Shown piece after piece: positions 14,356 through 29,300 of a DNA stretch of 64,000 nt; the first letter of the stretch is position 1; every line of letters starts with the position of its first letter. The notes under the pieces are model-generated. The model was not told the DNA's origin, did no database searches, and saw only the letters and a program-made list of their open reading frames with translations. This DNA comes from Eledone cirrhosa (lineage: Eukaryota). The DNA lies in contig CAXHJY010000107.1 of NCBI GenBank assembly GCA_964016885.1, positions 38,208 through 102,207 of the forward strand, written 5' to 3'. The position numbers and the translations under genes are program-made.

Positions 14356-17300
14356 TTATCTCCCCTTGGCTGGCTGGAAATTATCTCCCCTTGGACGGCT
14401 GGAAATTATCTCCCCTTGGACGGCTGGAAATTATCTCCCCTTGATTTTTTTACAAATTATCTCCCCCTGATTTTTTTTTTACAAATTATCTCCCCCTGAT
14501 TTTTTTTTACAAATTATCTACCCCTGATTTTTTTTTACAAATTATCTCCCCTTGATTTTTTTTACAAATTATCTCCCCCTGATTTTTTTTTACAAATTAT
14601 CTCCCCCTGATTTTTTTTTACAAATTATCTCCCCCTGATTTTTGTTTACAAATTATCTCCGCCTGATTTTTTTTAAAAAATTATCTCCCCTTGGACGGCT
14701 GGAAATTATCTCCCCTTGATTTTTTTACAAATTATCTCCCCCTGATTTTTTTTTACAAATTATCTCCCCCTGATTTTTTTACAAATTATCTCCCCCTGAT
14801 TTTTTTTACAAATTATCTCCGCCTGATTTTTTTAAATATTATCTCTCCTTGGCTGGCGGGAAATTATCTCCCCTTGGACGGCTGGAAATTATCTCCCCTT
14901 GAAAGGATGGAAATTATCTCCCCTTGGACGGCTGGAAATTATCTACCCCTGATTTTTTTTACAAATTATCTCCCCCTGATTTTTTTACAAATTATCTCCG
15001 CCTGATTTTTTTAAATGTTATCTCTCCTTGGCTGGCGGGAAATTATCTCCCCTTGGACGGCTGGAAATTATCTCCCCTTGGAAGGATGGAAATTATCTCC
15101 CCTTGGACGGCTGAAAATTATCTACCCCTGATTTTTTTTACAAATTATCTCCCCCTGATTTTTTTTACAAATTATCTCCCCCTGATTTTTTTTACAAATT
15201 ATCTACCCCTGATTTTTTTTACAAATTATCTCCCCCTGATTTTTTTTACAAATTATCTCCCCCTGATTTTTTTTACAAATTATCTCCCCCTGATTTTTTT
15301 TTACAAATTATCTCCCCCTGATTTTTTTACAAATTATCTCCCCCTGATTTTTTTTACAATCTCCGCCTGATTTTTTAAAAAATTATCTTCCCTTGGCTGG
15401 CGGGAAATTATCTCCCCTTGGACGGCTGGAAATTATCTCCCCTTGGAAGGATGGAAATTATCTCCCCTTGGACGGCTGGAAATTATCTCCCCTTGCACGG
15501 CTGGAAATTATAGCCCCTTGGAGGGCTGGAAATTATCTCCCCTTGATATTTTTTACAAATTATCTCCCCCTGATTTTTTTTTCAAATTATCTCCCCCTGA
15601 TTTTTTTTACAAATTATCTCCCCCCTGATTTTTTTACAAATTATCTCCCCTTGGCTGGCTGGAAATTATCTCCCCTTGGAGGCTGGAACTTATCTCCCCT
15701 TGGACGGCTAGAAATTACCTCTCCTTGGACGGCTGGAAAATATGTCTCCTTGGACGGCTGGATATTATCTCCCCTTGGACGGTTGGAAATTATCTCCCCT
15801 TGGACGGCTGGAAATTATCTCCCCTTGGATGGCTAGATATTACCTCCCCTTGGACGGCTGGAAATTATCTCCCCTTGATTTTTTTTACAAATTATCTCCC
15901 CCTGATTTTTTTTTACAAATTATCTCCCCCTGATTTTTTTTTAAAAATTATCTCCCCCTGATTTTTGTTTACAAATTATCTCCGCCTGATTTTTTTTTTT
16001 AAATTATCTCCCCTTGGACGGCTGGAAATTATCTCCCCTTGGACGGCTGGAAATTATATCTCCTTGGACGGCTAGAATTTACCTCTCCTTGGACGGCTGA
16101 AAATTATCTCCCCTTGGACGGCTGGAAATTATCTCCCCTTGATTTTTTTTACAAATTATCTCCCCCTGATTTTTTTTTTACAAATTATCTCCCCCTGATT
16201 TTTTTTACAAATTATCTCCCCCTAATTTTTTTTTTACAAATTATCTCCCCCTAATTTTTTTACAAATTATCTCCCCTTGGCTGGCTGGAAATTATCTCCC
16301 CTTGGAGGCTGGAACTTATCTCCCCTTGGACGGCTAGAAATTACGTCTCCTTGGACGGCTGGAAAATATGTCTCCTTGGACGGCTGGATATTATCTCCCC
16401 TTGGACGGCTGGAAATTATCTCCCCTTGGACGGCTGGAAATTATCTCCCCTTGGATGGCTAGATATTACCTCCCCTTGGACGGCTGGAAATTATCTCCCC
16501 TTGATTTTTTTTACAAATTATCTCCCCCTGATTTTTTCTTTACAAATTATCTCCCCCTGATTTTTTTTTACAAATTATCTCCCCCTGATTTTTTTTTACA
16601 AATTATCTCCCCCTGATTTTTGTTTACAAATTATCTCCGCCTGATTTTTTTTAAAAAAATTATCTCCCCTTGGACGGCTGGAAATTATCTCCCCTTGGAC
16701 GGCTAGAAATTACCTCTCCTTGGACGGCTGAAAATTATCTCCCCTTGGACGGCTGGAAATTATCTCCCCTTGATTTTTTTACAAATTATCTCCCCCTGAT
16801 TTTTTTTTTACAAATTATCTCCCCCTGATTTTTTTTTACAAATTATCTACCCCTGATTTTTTTTTACAAATTATCTCCCTCTGATTTTTTTTACAAATTA
16901 TCTCCCCCTGATTTTTTTTTTACAAATTATCTCCCCCTGATTTTTTTACAAATTATCTCCCCCTGATTTTTTTTTACAAATTATCTCCGCCTGATTTTTT
17001 TAAATATTATCTCTCCTTGGCTGGCGGGAAATTATCTCCCCTTGGACGGCTGGAAATTATCTCCCCTTGGAAGGATGGAAAATTATCTCCCCTTGGACGG
17101 CTGGAAATTATCTACCCCTGATTTTTTTTACAAATTATCTCCCCCTGATTTTTTTACAAATTATCTCCCCCTGATTTTTTTAAATGTTATCTCTCCTTGG
17201 CTGGCGGGAAATTATCTCCCCTTGGACGGCTGGAAATTATCTCCCCTTGGAAGGATGGAAATTATCTCCCCTTCGACGGCTGAAAAATTATCTACCCCTG

Positions 17301-17799
17301 ATTTTTTTTACAAATTATCTCCCCCTGATTTTTTTTACAAATTATCTCCCCCTGATTTTTTTTACAAATTATCTACCCCTGATTTTTTCTACAAATTATC
17401 TCCCCCTGATTTTTTTTACAAATTATCTCCCCCTGATTTTTTTTTTTACAAATTATCTCCCCCTGATTTTTTTACAAATTATCTCCCCCTGATTTTTTTT
17501 TTACAAATTATCTCCCCCTGATTTCTTTACAAATTATCTCCCCTTGGCTGGCTGGAAATTATCTCCCCTTGGAGGCTGGAACTTATCTCCCCTTGGACGG
17601 CTAGAAATTATCTCTCCTTGGACGGCTGGAAAATATGTCTCCTTGGACGGCTGGATATTATCTCCCCTTGGACGGCTGGAAATTATCTCCCCTTGGACGG
17701 CTGGAAATTATCTCCCCTTGGATGGCTAGATATTACCTCCCCTTGGACGGCTGGAAATTATCTCCCCTTGATTTTTTTTACAAATTATCTCCCCCTGAT

Positions 17800-20700
17800 T
17801 TTTTTTTACAAATTATCTCCCCCTGATTTTTTTTTACAAATTATCTCCCCCTGATTTTTGTTTACAAATTATCTCCGCCTGATTTTTTTAAAAAAATTAT
17901 CTCCCCTTGGACGGCTGGAAATTATCTCCCCTTGGACGGCTAGAAATTACCTCCTTGGACGGCTGAAAATTATCTCCCCTTGGACGGCTGGAAATTATCT
18001 CCCCTTGATTTTTTTACAAATTATCTCCCCCTGATTTTTTTTTTACAAATTATCTCCCCCAGATTTTTTTTTACAAATTATCTACCCCTGATTTTTTTTA
18101 CAAATTATCTCCCCCTGATTTTTTTTACAAATTATCTCCCCTGATTTTTTTTTACAAATTATCTCCCCCTGATTTTTTTACAAATTATCTCACCCTGATT
18201 TTTTTTACAAATTATCTCCGCCTGATTTTTTTAAATATTATCTCTCCTTGGCTGGCGGGAAATTATCTCCCCTTGGACGGCTGGAAATTATCTCCCCTTG
18301 GAAGGATGGAAATTATCTCCCCTTGGACGGCTGGAAATTATCTACCCCTGATTTTTTTTACAAATTATCTCCCCCTGATTTTTTTTACAAATTATCTCCC
18401 CCTGATTTTTTTTACAAATTATCTACCCCTGATTTTTTTTACAAATTATCTCGCCCTGATTTCTTTTACAAATTATCTCCCCCTGATTTTTTTTTTACAA
18501 ATTATCTCCCCCTGATTTTTTTACAAATTATCTCCCCCTGATTTTTTTTACAAATTATCTCCGCCTGATTTTTTTAAATGTTATCTCTCCTTGGCTGGCG
18601 GGAAATTATCTCCCCTTGGACGGCTGGAAATTATCTACCCTTGGAAGGATGGAAATTATCTCCCCTTGGACGGCTGGAAATTATCTACCCCTGATTTTTT
18701 TTACAAATTATCTCCCCCTGATTTTTTTTACAAATTATCTCCCCCTGATTTTTTTTTACAAATTATCTACCCCTGATTTTTTTACAAATTATCTCCCCTT
18801 GGCTGGCTGGAAATTATCTCCCCTTGGACGGCTAGAAATTACCTCTCCTTGGACGGCTGAAAATTATCTCCCCTTGGACGGCTGGAAATTATCTCCCCTT
18901 GATTTTTTTACAAATTATCACCCCCTGATTTTTTTTTTACAAATTATCTCCCCCTGATTTTTTTTTACAAATTATCTCCCCCTGATTTTTGTTTACAAAT
19001 TATCTCCGCCTGATTTTTTTAAAAAAATTATCTCCCCTTGGACGGCTGGAAATTATCTCCCCTTGGACGGCTAGAAATTACCTCTCCTTGGACGGCTGAA
19101 AATTATCTCCCCTTGGACGGCTGGAAATTATCTCCCCTTGATTTTTTTACAAATTATCTCCCCCTGATTTTTTTTTTACAAATTATCTCCCCCTGATTTT
19201 TTTTTACAAATTATCTACCCCTGATTTTTTTTTACAAATTATCTCCCCCTGATTTTTTTTACAAATTATCTCCCCCTGATTTTTTTTTACAAATTATCTC
19301 CCCCTGATTTTTTTACAAATTATCTCCCCCTGATTTTTTTTACAAATTATCTCCGCCTGATTTTTTTAAATATTATCTCTCCTTGGCTGGCGGGAAATTA
19401 TCTCCCCTTGGACGGCTGGAAATTATCTCCCCTTGGAAGGATGGAAATTATCTCCCCTTGGACGGCTGGAAATTATCTACCCCTGATTTTTTTTACAAAT
19501 TATCTCCCCCTGATTTTTTTACAAATTATCTCCCCCTGATTTTTTTTACAAATTATCTCCGCCTGATTTTTTTAAATGTTATCTCTCCTTGGCTGGCGGG
19601 AAATTATCTCCCCTTGGACGGCTGGAAATTATCTCCCCTTGGAAGGATGGAAATTATCTCCCCTTGGACGGCTGAAAATTATCTACCCCTGATTTTTTTT
19701 ACAAATTATCTCCCCCTGATTTTTTTTACAAATTATCTCCCCCTGATTTTTTTTACAAATTATCTACCCCTGATTTTTTCTACAGATTATCTCCCCCTGA
19801 TTTTTTTTTACAAATTATCTCCCCCTGATTTTTTTTTACAAATTATCTCCCCCTGATTTTTGTTTACAAATTATCTCCGCCTGATTTTTTTAAAAAAATT
19901 ATCTCCCCTTGGACGGCTGGAAATTATCTCCCCTTGGACGGCTAGAAATTACCTCCTTGGACGGCTGAAAATTATCTCCCCTTGGACGGCTGGAAATTAT
20001 CTCCCCTTGATTTTTTTACAAATTATCTCCCCCTGATTTTTTTTTTACAAATTATCTCCCCCTGATTTTTTTTTACAAATTATCTACCCCTGATTTTTTT
20101 TACAAATTATCTCCCCCTGATTTTTTTTACAAATTATCTCCCCTGATTTTTTTTTACAAATTATCTCCCCCTGATTTTTTTACAAATTATCTCCCCCTGA
20201 TTTTTTTTACAAATTATCTCCGCCTGATTTTTTTAAATATTATCTCTCCTTGGCTGGCGGGAAATTATCTCCCCTTGGACGGCTGGAAATTATCTCCCCT
20301 TGGAAGGATGGAAATTATCTCCCCTTGGACGGCTGGAAATTATCTACCCCTGATTTTTTTTACAAATTATCTCCCCCTGATTTTTTTTACAAATTATCTC
20401 CCCCTGATTTTTTTTACAAATTATCTACCCCTGATTTTTTTTACAAATTATCTCGCCCTGATTTCTTTTACAAATTATCTCCCCCTGATTTTTTTTTTAC
20501 AAATTATCTCCCCCTGATTTTTTTACAAATTATCTCCCCCTGATTTTTTTTACAAATTATCTCCGCCTGATTTTTTTAAATGTTATCTCTCCTTGGCTGG
20601 CGGGAAATTATCTCCCCTTGGACGGCTGGAAATTATCTACCCTTGGAAGGATGGAAATTATCTCCCCTTGGACGGCTGGAAATTATCTACCCCTGATTTT

Positions 20701-21790
20701 TTTTACAAATTATCTCCCCCTGATTTTTTTTACAAATTATCTCCCCCTGATTTTTTTTTACAAATTATCTACCCCTGATTTTTTTACAAATTATCTCCCC
20801 TTGGCTGGCTGGAAATTATCTCCCCTTGGACGGCTAGAAATTACCTCTCCTTGGACGGCTGAAAATTATCTCCCCTTGGACGGCTGGAAATTATCTCCCC
20901 TTGATTTTTTTACAAATTATCACCCCCTGATTTTTTTTTTACAAATTATCTCCCCCTGATTTTTTTTTACAAATTATCTCCCCCTGATTTTTGTTTACAA
21001 ATTATCTTTTTAAAAAAATTATCTCCCCTTGGACGGCTGGAAATTATCTCCCCTTGGACGGCTAGAAATTACCTCTCCTTGGACGGCTGAAAATTATCTC
21101 CCCTTGGACGGCTGGAAATTATCTCCCCTTGATTTTTTTACAAATTATCTCCCCCTGATTTTTTTTTTACAAATTATCTCCCCCTGATTTTTTTTTACAA
21201 ATTATCTACCCCTGATTTTTTTTTACAAATTATCTCCCCCTGATTTTTTTTACAAATTATCTCCCCCTGATTTTTTTTTACAAATTATCTCCCCCTGATT
21301 TTTTTACAAATTATCTCCCCCTGATTTTTTTTACAAATTATCTCCGCCTGATTTTTTTAAATATTATCTCTCCTTGGCTGGCGGGAAATTATCTCCCCTT
21401 GGACGGCTGGAAATTATCTCCCCTTGGAAGGATGGAAATTATCTCCCCTTGGACGGCTGGAAATTATCTACCCCTGATTTTTTTTACAAATTATCTCCCC
21501 CTGATTTTTTTACAAATTATCTCCCCCTGATTTTTTTTACAAATTATCTCCGCCTGATTTTTTTAAATGTTATCTCTCCTTGGCTGGCGGGAAATTATCT
21601 CCCCTTGGACGGCTGGAAATTATCTCCCCTTGGAAGGATGGAAATTATCTCCCCTTGGACGGCTGAAAATTATCTACCCCTGATTTTTTTTACAAATTAT
21701 CTCCCCCTGATTTTTTTTACAAATTATCTCCCCCTGATTTTTTTTACAAATTATCTACCCCTGATTTTTTCTACAGATTATCTCCCCCTG
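17800..21790. repeat. ~2.0 kb tandem duplication within satellite B (offset 2002/1991 bp; ends approximate)
   Basis: Identical pseudo-ORFs at 18248/20250 and 18591/20593. Rare variant CTACAGATT has its G at 19785 and 21776. The offset drops by 11 after the deletion at ~21007. Confidence 0.85.
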
Positions 21791-24700
21791 ATTTTTTTTA
21801 CAAATTATCTCCCCCTGATTTTTTTTTTACAAATTATCTCCCCCTGATTTTTTTACAAATTATCTCCACCTGATTTTTTTTTTACAAATTATCTCCCCCT
21901 GATTTTTTTACAAATTATCTCCCCTTGGCTGGCTGGAAATTATCTCCCCTTGGAGGCTGGAACTTATCTCCCCTTGGACGGCTAGAAATTACCTCTCCTT
22001 GGACGGCTGGAAAATATGTCTCCTTGGACGGCTGGATATTATCTCCCCTTGGACGGCTGGAAATTATCTCCCCTTGGACGGCTGGAAATTATCTCCCCTT
22101 GGATGGCTAGATATTACCTCCCCTTGGACGGCTGGAAATTATCTCCCCTTGATTTTTTTTACAAATTATCTCCCCCTGATTTTTTTTTACAAATTATCTC
22201 CCCCTGATTTTTTTACAAATTATCTCCCCCTGATTTTTTTTACAAATTATCTCCGCCTGATTTTTTTAAATATTATCTCTCCTTGGCTGGCGGGAAATTA
22301 TCTCCCCTTGGACGGCTGGAAATTATCTCCCCTTGGAAGGATGGAAATTATCTCCCCTTGGACGGCTGGAAATTATCTACCCCTGATTTTTTTTACAAAT
22401 TATCTCCCCCTGATTTTTTTACAAATTATCTCCCCCTGATTTTTTTTACAAATTATCTCCGCCTGATTTTTTTAAATGTTATCTCTCCTTGGCTGGCGGG
22501 AAATTATCTCCCCTTGGACGGCTGGAAATTATCTCCCCTTGGAAGGATGGAAATTATCTCCCCTTGGACGGCTGGAAATTATCTACCCCTGATTTTTTTT
22601 ACAAATTATCTCCCCCTGATTTTTTTTACAAATTATCTCCCCCTGATTTTTTTTTACAAATTATCTACCCCTGATTTTTTTACAAATTATCTCCCCTTGG
22701 CTGGCTGGAAATTATCTCCCCTTGGACGGCTAGAAATTACCTGTCCTTGGACGGCTGAAAATTATCTCCCCTTGGACGGCTGGAAATTATCTCCCCTTGA
22801 TTTTTTTACAAATTATCTCCCCCTGATTTTTTTTTTACAAATTATCTCCCCCTGATTTTTTTTTACAAATTATCTACCCCTGATTTTTTTTTACAAATTA
22901 TCTCCCCTTGATTTTTTTTACAAATTATCTCCCCCTGATTTTTTTTTACAAATTATCTCCCCCTGATTTTTTTTTACAAATTATCTCCCCCTGATTTTTT
23001 TTAAAAAATTATCTCCCCTTGGACGGCTGGAAATTATCTCCCCTTGGACGGCTAGAAATTACCTCTCCTTGGACGGCTGAAAATTATCTCCCCTTGGACG
23101 GCTGGAAATTATCTCCCCTTGATTTTTTTACAAATTATCTCCCCCTGATTTTTTTTTTACAAATTATCTCCCCCTGATTTTTTTTTACAAATTATCTACC
23201 CCTGATTTTTTTTACAAATTATCTCCCCCTGATTTTTTTTACAAATTATCTCCCCTGATTTTTTTTTACAAATTATCTCCCCCTGATTTTTTTACAAATT
23301 ATCTCCCCCTGATTTTTTTTACAAATTATCTCCGCCTGATTTTTTTAAATATTATCTCTCCTTGGCTGGCGGGAAATTATCTCCCCTTGGACGGCTGGAA
23401 ATTATCTCCCCTTGGAAGGATGGAAATTATCTCCCCTTGGACGGCTGGAAATTATCTACCCCTGATTTTTTTTACAAATTATCTCCCCCTGATTTTTTTT
23501 ACAAATTATCTCCCCCTGATTTTTTTTACAAATTATCTACCCCTGATTTTTTTTACAAATTATCTCGCCCTGATTTCTTTTACAAATTATCTCCCCCTGA
23601 TTTTTTTTTTACAAATTATCTCCCCCTGATTTTTTTACAAATTATCTCCCCCTGATTTTTTTTACAAATTATCTCCGCCTGATTTTTTTAAATGTTATCT
23701 CTCCTTGGCTGGCGGGAAATTATCTCCCCTTGGACGGCTGGAAATTATCTACCCTTGGAAGGATGGAAATTATCTCCCCTTGGACGGCTGGAAATTATCT
23801 ACCCCTGATTTTTTTTACAAATTATCTCCCCCTGATTTTTTTTACAAATTATCTCCCCCTGATTTTTTTTTACAAATTATCTACCCCTGATTTTTTTACA
23901 AATTATCTCCCCTTGGCTGGCTGGAAATTATCTCCCCTTGGACGGCTAGAAATTACCTCTCCTTGGACGGCTGAAAATTATCTCCCCTTGGACGGCTGGA
24001 AATTATCTCCCCTTGATTTTTTTACAAATTATCACCCCCTGATTTTTTTTTTACAAATTATCTCCCCCTGATTTTTTTTTACAAATTATCTCCCCCTGAT
24101 TTTTGTTTACAAATTATCTCCGCCTGATTTTTTTAAAAAAATTATCTCCCCTTGGACGGCTGGAAATTATCTCCCCTTGGACGGCTAGAAATTACCTCTC
24201 CTTGGACGGCTGAAAATTATCTCCCCTTGGACGGCTGGAAATTATCTCCCCTTGATTTTTTTACAAATTATCTCCCCCTGATTTTTTTTTTACAAATTAT
24301 CTCCCCCTGATTTTTTTTTACAAATTATCTACCCCTGATTTTTTTTTACAAATTATCTCCCCCTGATTTTTTTTACAAATTATCTCCCCCTGATTTTTTT
24401 TTACAAATTATCTCCCCCTGATTTTTTTACAAATTATCTCCCCCTGATTTTTTTTACAAATTATCTCCGCCTGATTTTTTTAAATATTATCTCTCCTTGG
24501 CTGGCGGGAAATTATCTCCCCTTGGACGGCTGGAAATTATCTCCCCTTGGAAGGATGGAAATTATCTCCCCTTGGACGGCTGGAAATTATCTACCCCTGA
24601 TTTTTTTTACAAATTATCTCCCCCTGATTTTTTTACAAATTATCTCCCCCTGATTTTTTTTACAAATTATCTCCGCCTGATTTTTTTAAATGTTATCTCT

Positions 24701-26330
24701 CCTTGGCTGGCGGGAAATTATCTCCCCTTGGACGGCTGGAAATTATCTCCCCTTGGAAGGATGGAAATTATCTCCCCTTGGACGGCTGAAAATTATCTAC
24801 CCCTGATTTTTTTTACAAATTATCTCCCCCTGATTTTTTTTACAAATTATCTCCCCCTGATTTTTTTTACAAATTATCTACCCCTGATTTTTTCTACAGA
24901 TTATCTCCCCCTGATTTTTTTTACAAATTATCTCCCCCTGATTTTTTTTTTACAAATTATCTCCCCCTGATTTTTTTACAAATTATCTCCACCTGATTTT
25001 TTTTTTACAAATTATCTCCCCCTGATTTTTTTACAAATTATCTCCCCTTGGCTGGCTGGAAATTATCTCCCCTTGGAGGCTGGAACTTATCTCCCCTTGG
25101 ACGGCTAGAAATTACCTCTCCTTGGACGGCTGGAAAATATGTCTCCTTGGACGGCTGGATATTATCTCCCCTTGGACGGCTGGAAATTATCTCCCCTTGG
25201 ACGGCTGGAAATTATCTCCCCTTGGATGGCTAGATATTACCTCCCCTTGGACGGCTGGAAATTATCTCCCCTTGATTTTTTTTACAAATTATCTCCCCCT
25301 GATTTTTTTTTACAAATTATCTCCCCCTGATTTTTTTACAAATTATCTCCCCCTGATTTTTTTTACAAATTATCTCCGCCTGATTTTTTTAAATATTATC
25401 TCTCCTTGGCTGGCGGGAAATTATCTCCCCTTGGACGGCTGGAAATTATCTCCCCTTGGAAGGATGGAAATTATCTCCCCTTGGACGGCTGGAAATTATC
25501 TACCCCTGATTTTTTTTACAAATTATCTCCCCCTGATTTTTTTACAAATTATCTCCCCCTGATTTTTTTTACAAATTATCTCCGCCTGATTTTTTTAAAT
25601 GTTATCTCTCCTTGGCTGGCGGGAAATTATCTCCCCTTGGACGGCTGGAAATTATCTCCCCTTGGAAGGATGGAAATTATCTCCCCTTGGACGGCTGGAA
25701 ATTATCTACCCCTGATTTTTTTTACAAATTATCTCCCCCTGATTTTTTTTACAAATTATCTCCCCCTGATTTTTTTTTACAAATTATCTACCCCTGATTT
25801 TTTTACAAATTATCTCCCCTTGGCTGGCTGGAAATTATCTCCCCTTGGACGGCTAGAAATTACCTGTCCTTGGACGGCTGAAAATTATCTCCCCTTGGAC
25901 GGCTGGAAATTATCTCCCCTTGATTTTTTTACAAATTATCTCCCCCTGATTTTTTTTTTACAAATTATCTCCCCCTGATTTTTTTTTACAAATTATCTAC
26001 CCCTGATTTTTTTTTACAAATTATCTCCCCTTGATTTTTTTTACAAATTATCTCCCCCTGATTTTTTTTTACAAATTATCTCCCCCTGATTTTTTTTTAC
26101 AAATTATCTCCCCCTGATTTTTTTTAAAAAATTATCTCCCCTTGGACGGCTGGAAATTATCTCCCCTTGGACGGCTAGAAATTACCTCTCCTTGGACGGC
26201 TGAAAATTATCTCCCCTTGGACGGCTGGAAATTATCTCCCCTTGATTTTTTTACAAATTATCTCCCCCTGATTTTTTTTTTACAAATTATCTCCCCCTGA
26301 TTTTTTTTTACAAATTATCTACCCCTGATT
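19960..26330. repeat. ~3.12 kb tandem duplication within satellite B (offset 3112/3123 bp; ends approximate)
   Basis: Identical pseudo-ORFs at 20250/23362, 21374/24497, 21925/25048 and 22283/25406; shared TTACCTGTCC variant near 22740 and 25863. Confidence 0.85.
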
Positions 26331-29300
26331 TTTTTTTACAAATTATCTCCCCCTGATTTTTTTTTACAAATTATCTCCCCCTGATTTTTTTTTACAAATT
26401 ATCTCCCCCTGATTTTTTTACAAATTATCTCCCCCTGATTTTTTTTACAAATTATCTCCGCCTGATTTTTTTAAATATTATCTCTCCTTGGCTGGCGGGA
26501 AATTATCTCCCCTTGGACGGCTGGAAATTATCTCCCCTTGAAAGGATGGAAATTATCTCCCCTTGGACGGCTGGAAATTATCTACCCCTGATTTTTTTTA
26601 CAAATTATCTCCCCCTGATTTTTTTACAAATTATCTCCGCCTGATTTTTTTAAATGTTATCTCTCCTTGGCTGGCGGGAAATTATCTCCCCTTGGACGGC
26701 TGGAAATTATCTCCCCTTGGAAGGATGGAAATTATCTCCCCTTGGACGGCTGAAAATTATCTACCCCTGATTTTTTTTACAAATTATCTCCCCCTGATTT
26801 TTTTTACAAATTATCTCCCCCTGATTTTTTTTACAAATTATCTACCCCTGATTTTTTTTACAAATTATCTCCCCCTGATTTTTTTTACAAATTATCTCCC
26901 CCTGATTTTTTTTTACAAATTATCTCCCCCTGATTTTTTTTTACAAATTATCTCCCCCTGATTTTTTTACAAATTATCTCCCCCTGATTTTTTTTACAAT
27001 CTCCGCCTGATTTTTTAAAAAATTATCTTCCCTTGGCTGGCGGGAAATTATCTCCCCTTGGACGGCTGGAAATTATCTCCCCTTGGAAGGATGGAAATTA
27101 TCTCCCCTTGGACGGCTGGAAATTATCTCCCCTTGCACGGCTGGAAATTATAGCCCCTTGGAGGGCTGGAAATTATCTCCCCTTGATATTTTTTACAAAT
27201 TATCTCCCCCTGATTTTTTTTTCAAATTATCTCCCCCTGATTTTTTTTACAAATTATCTCCCCCCTGATTTTTTTACAAATTATCTCCCCTTGGCTGGCT
27301 GGAAATTATCTCCCCTTGGAGGCTGGAACTTATCTCCCCTTGGACGGCTAGAAATTACCTCTCCTTGGACGGCTGGAAAATATGTCTCCTTGGACGGCTG
27401 GATATTATCTCCCCTTGGACGGTTGGAAATTATCTCCCCTTGGACGGCTGGAAATTATCTCCCCTTGGATGGCTAGATATTACCTCCCCTTGGACGGCTG
27501 GAAATTATCTCCCCTTGATTTTTTTTACAAATTATCTCCCCCTGATTTTTTTTTACAAATTATCTCCCCCTGATTTCTTTTTAAAAATTATCTCCCCCTG
27601 ATTTTTGTTTACAAATTATCTCCGCCTGATTTTTTTTTTAAAATTATCTCCCCTTGGACGGCTGGAAATTATCTCCCCTTGGACGGCTGGAAATTATATC
27701 TCCTTGGACGGCTAGAATTTACCTCTCCTTGGACGGCTGAAAATTATCTCCCCTTGGACGGCTGGAAATTATCTCCCCTTGATTTTTTTTACAAATTATC
27801 TCCCCCTGATTTTTTTTTACAAATTATCTCCCCCTGATTTTTTTTACAAATTATCTCCCCCTAATTTTTTTTTACAAATTATCTCCCCCTAATTTTTTTA
27901 CAAATTATCTCCCCTTGGCTGGCTGGAAATTATCTCCCCTTGGAGGCTGGAACTTATCTCCCCTTGGACGGCTAGAAATTACGTCTCCTTGGACGGCTGG
28001 AAAATATGTCTCCTTGGACGGCTGGATATTATCTCCCCTTGGACGGCTGGAAATTATCTCCCCTTGGACGGCTGGAAATTATCTCCCCTTGGATGGCTAG
28101 ATATTACCTCCCCTTGGACGGCTGGAAATTATCTCCCCTTGATTTTTTTTACGAATTATCTCCCCCTGATTTTTTTTTACAAATTATCTCCCCCTGATTT
28201 TTTTTTACAAATTATCTCCCCCTGATTTTTTTTTACAAATTATCTCCCCCTGATTTTTGTTTACAAATTATCTCCGCCTGATTTTTTTAAAAAAATTATC
28301 TCACCTTGGACGGCTGGAAATTATCTCCCCTTGGACGGCTAGAAATTACCTCTCCTTGGACGGCTGAAAATTATCTCCCCTTGGACGGCTGGAAATTATC
28401 TCCCCTTGATTTTTTTACAAATTATCTCCCCCTGATTTTTTTTTTACAAATTATCTCCCCCTGATTTTTTTTTACAAATTATCTACCCCTGATTTTTTTT
28501 TACAAATTATCTCCCCCTGATTTTTTTTACAAATTATCTCCCCCTGATTTTTTTTTACAAATTATCTCCCCCTGATTTTTTTACAAATTATCTCCCCCTG
28601 ATTTTTTTTACAAATTATCTCCGCCTGATTTTTTTAAATATTATCTCTCCTTGGCTGGCGGGAAATTATCTCCCCTTGGACGGCTGGAAATTATCTCCCC
28701 TTGGAAGGATGGAAATTATCTCCCCTTGGACGGCTGGAAATTATCTACCCCTGATTTTTTTTACAAATTATCTCCCCCTGATTTTTTTACAAATTATCTC
28801 CCCCTGATTTTTTTTACAAATTATCTCCGCCTGATTTTTTTAAATGTTATCTCTCCTTGGCTGGCGGGAAATTATCTCTCCTTGGACGGCTGGAAATTAT
28901 CTCCCCTTGGAAGGATGGAAATTATCTCCCCTTGGACGGCTGAAAATTATCTACCCCTGATTTTTTTTACAAATTATCTCCCCCTGATTTTTTTTACAAA
29001 TTATCTCCCCCTGATTTTTTTTACAAATTATCTACCCCTGATTTTTTTTACAAATTATCTCCCCCTGATTTTTTTTACAAATTATCTCCCCCTGATTTTT
29101 TTTTTACAAATTATCTCCCCCTGATTTTTTTACAAATTATCTCCCTCTGATTTTTTTTTTACAAATTATCTCCCCCTGATTTTTTTACAAATTATCTCCC
29201 CTTGGCTGGCTGGAAATTATCTCCCCTTGGAGGCTGGAACTTATCTCCCCTTGGACGGCTAGAAATTACCTCTCCTTGGACGGCTGGAAAATATGTCTCC

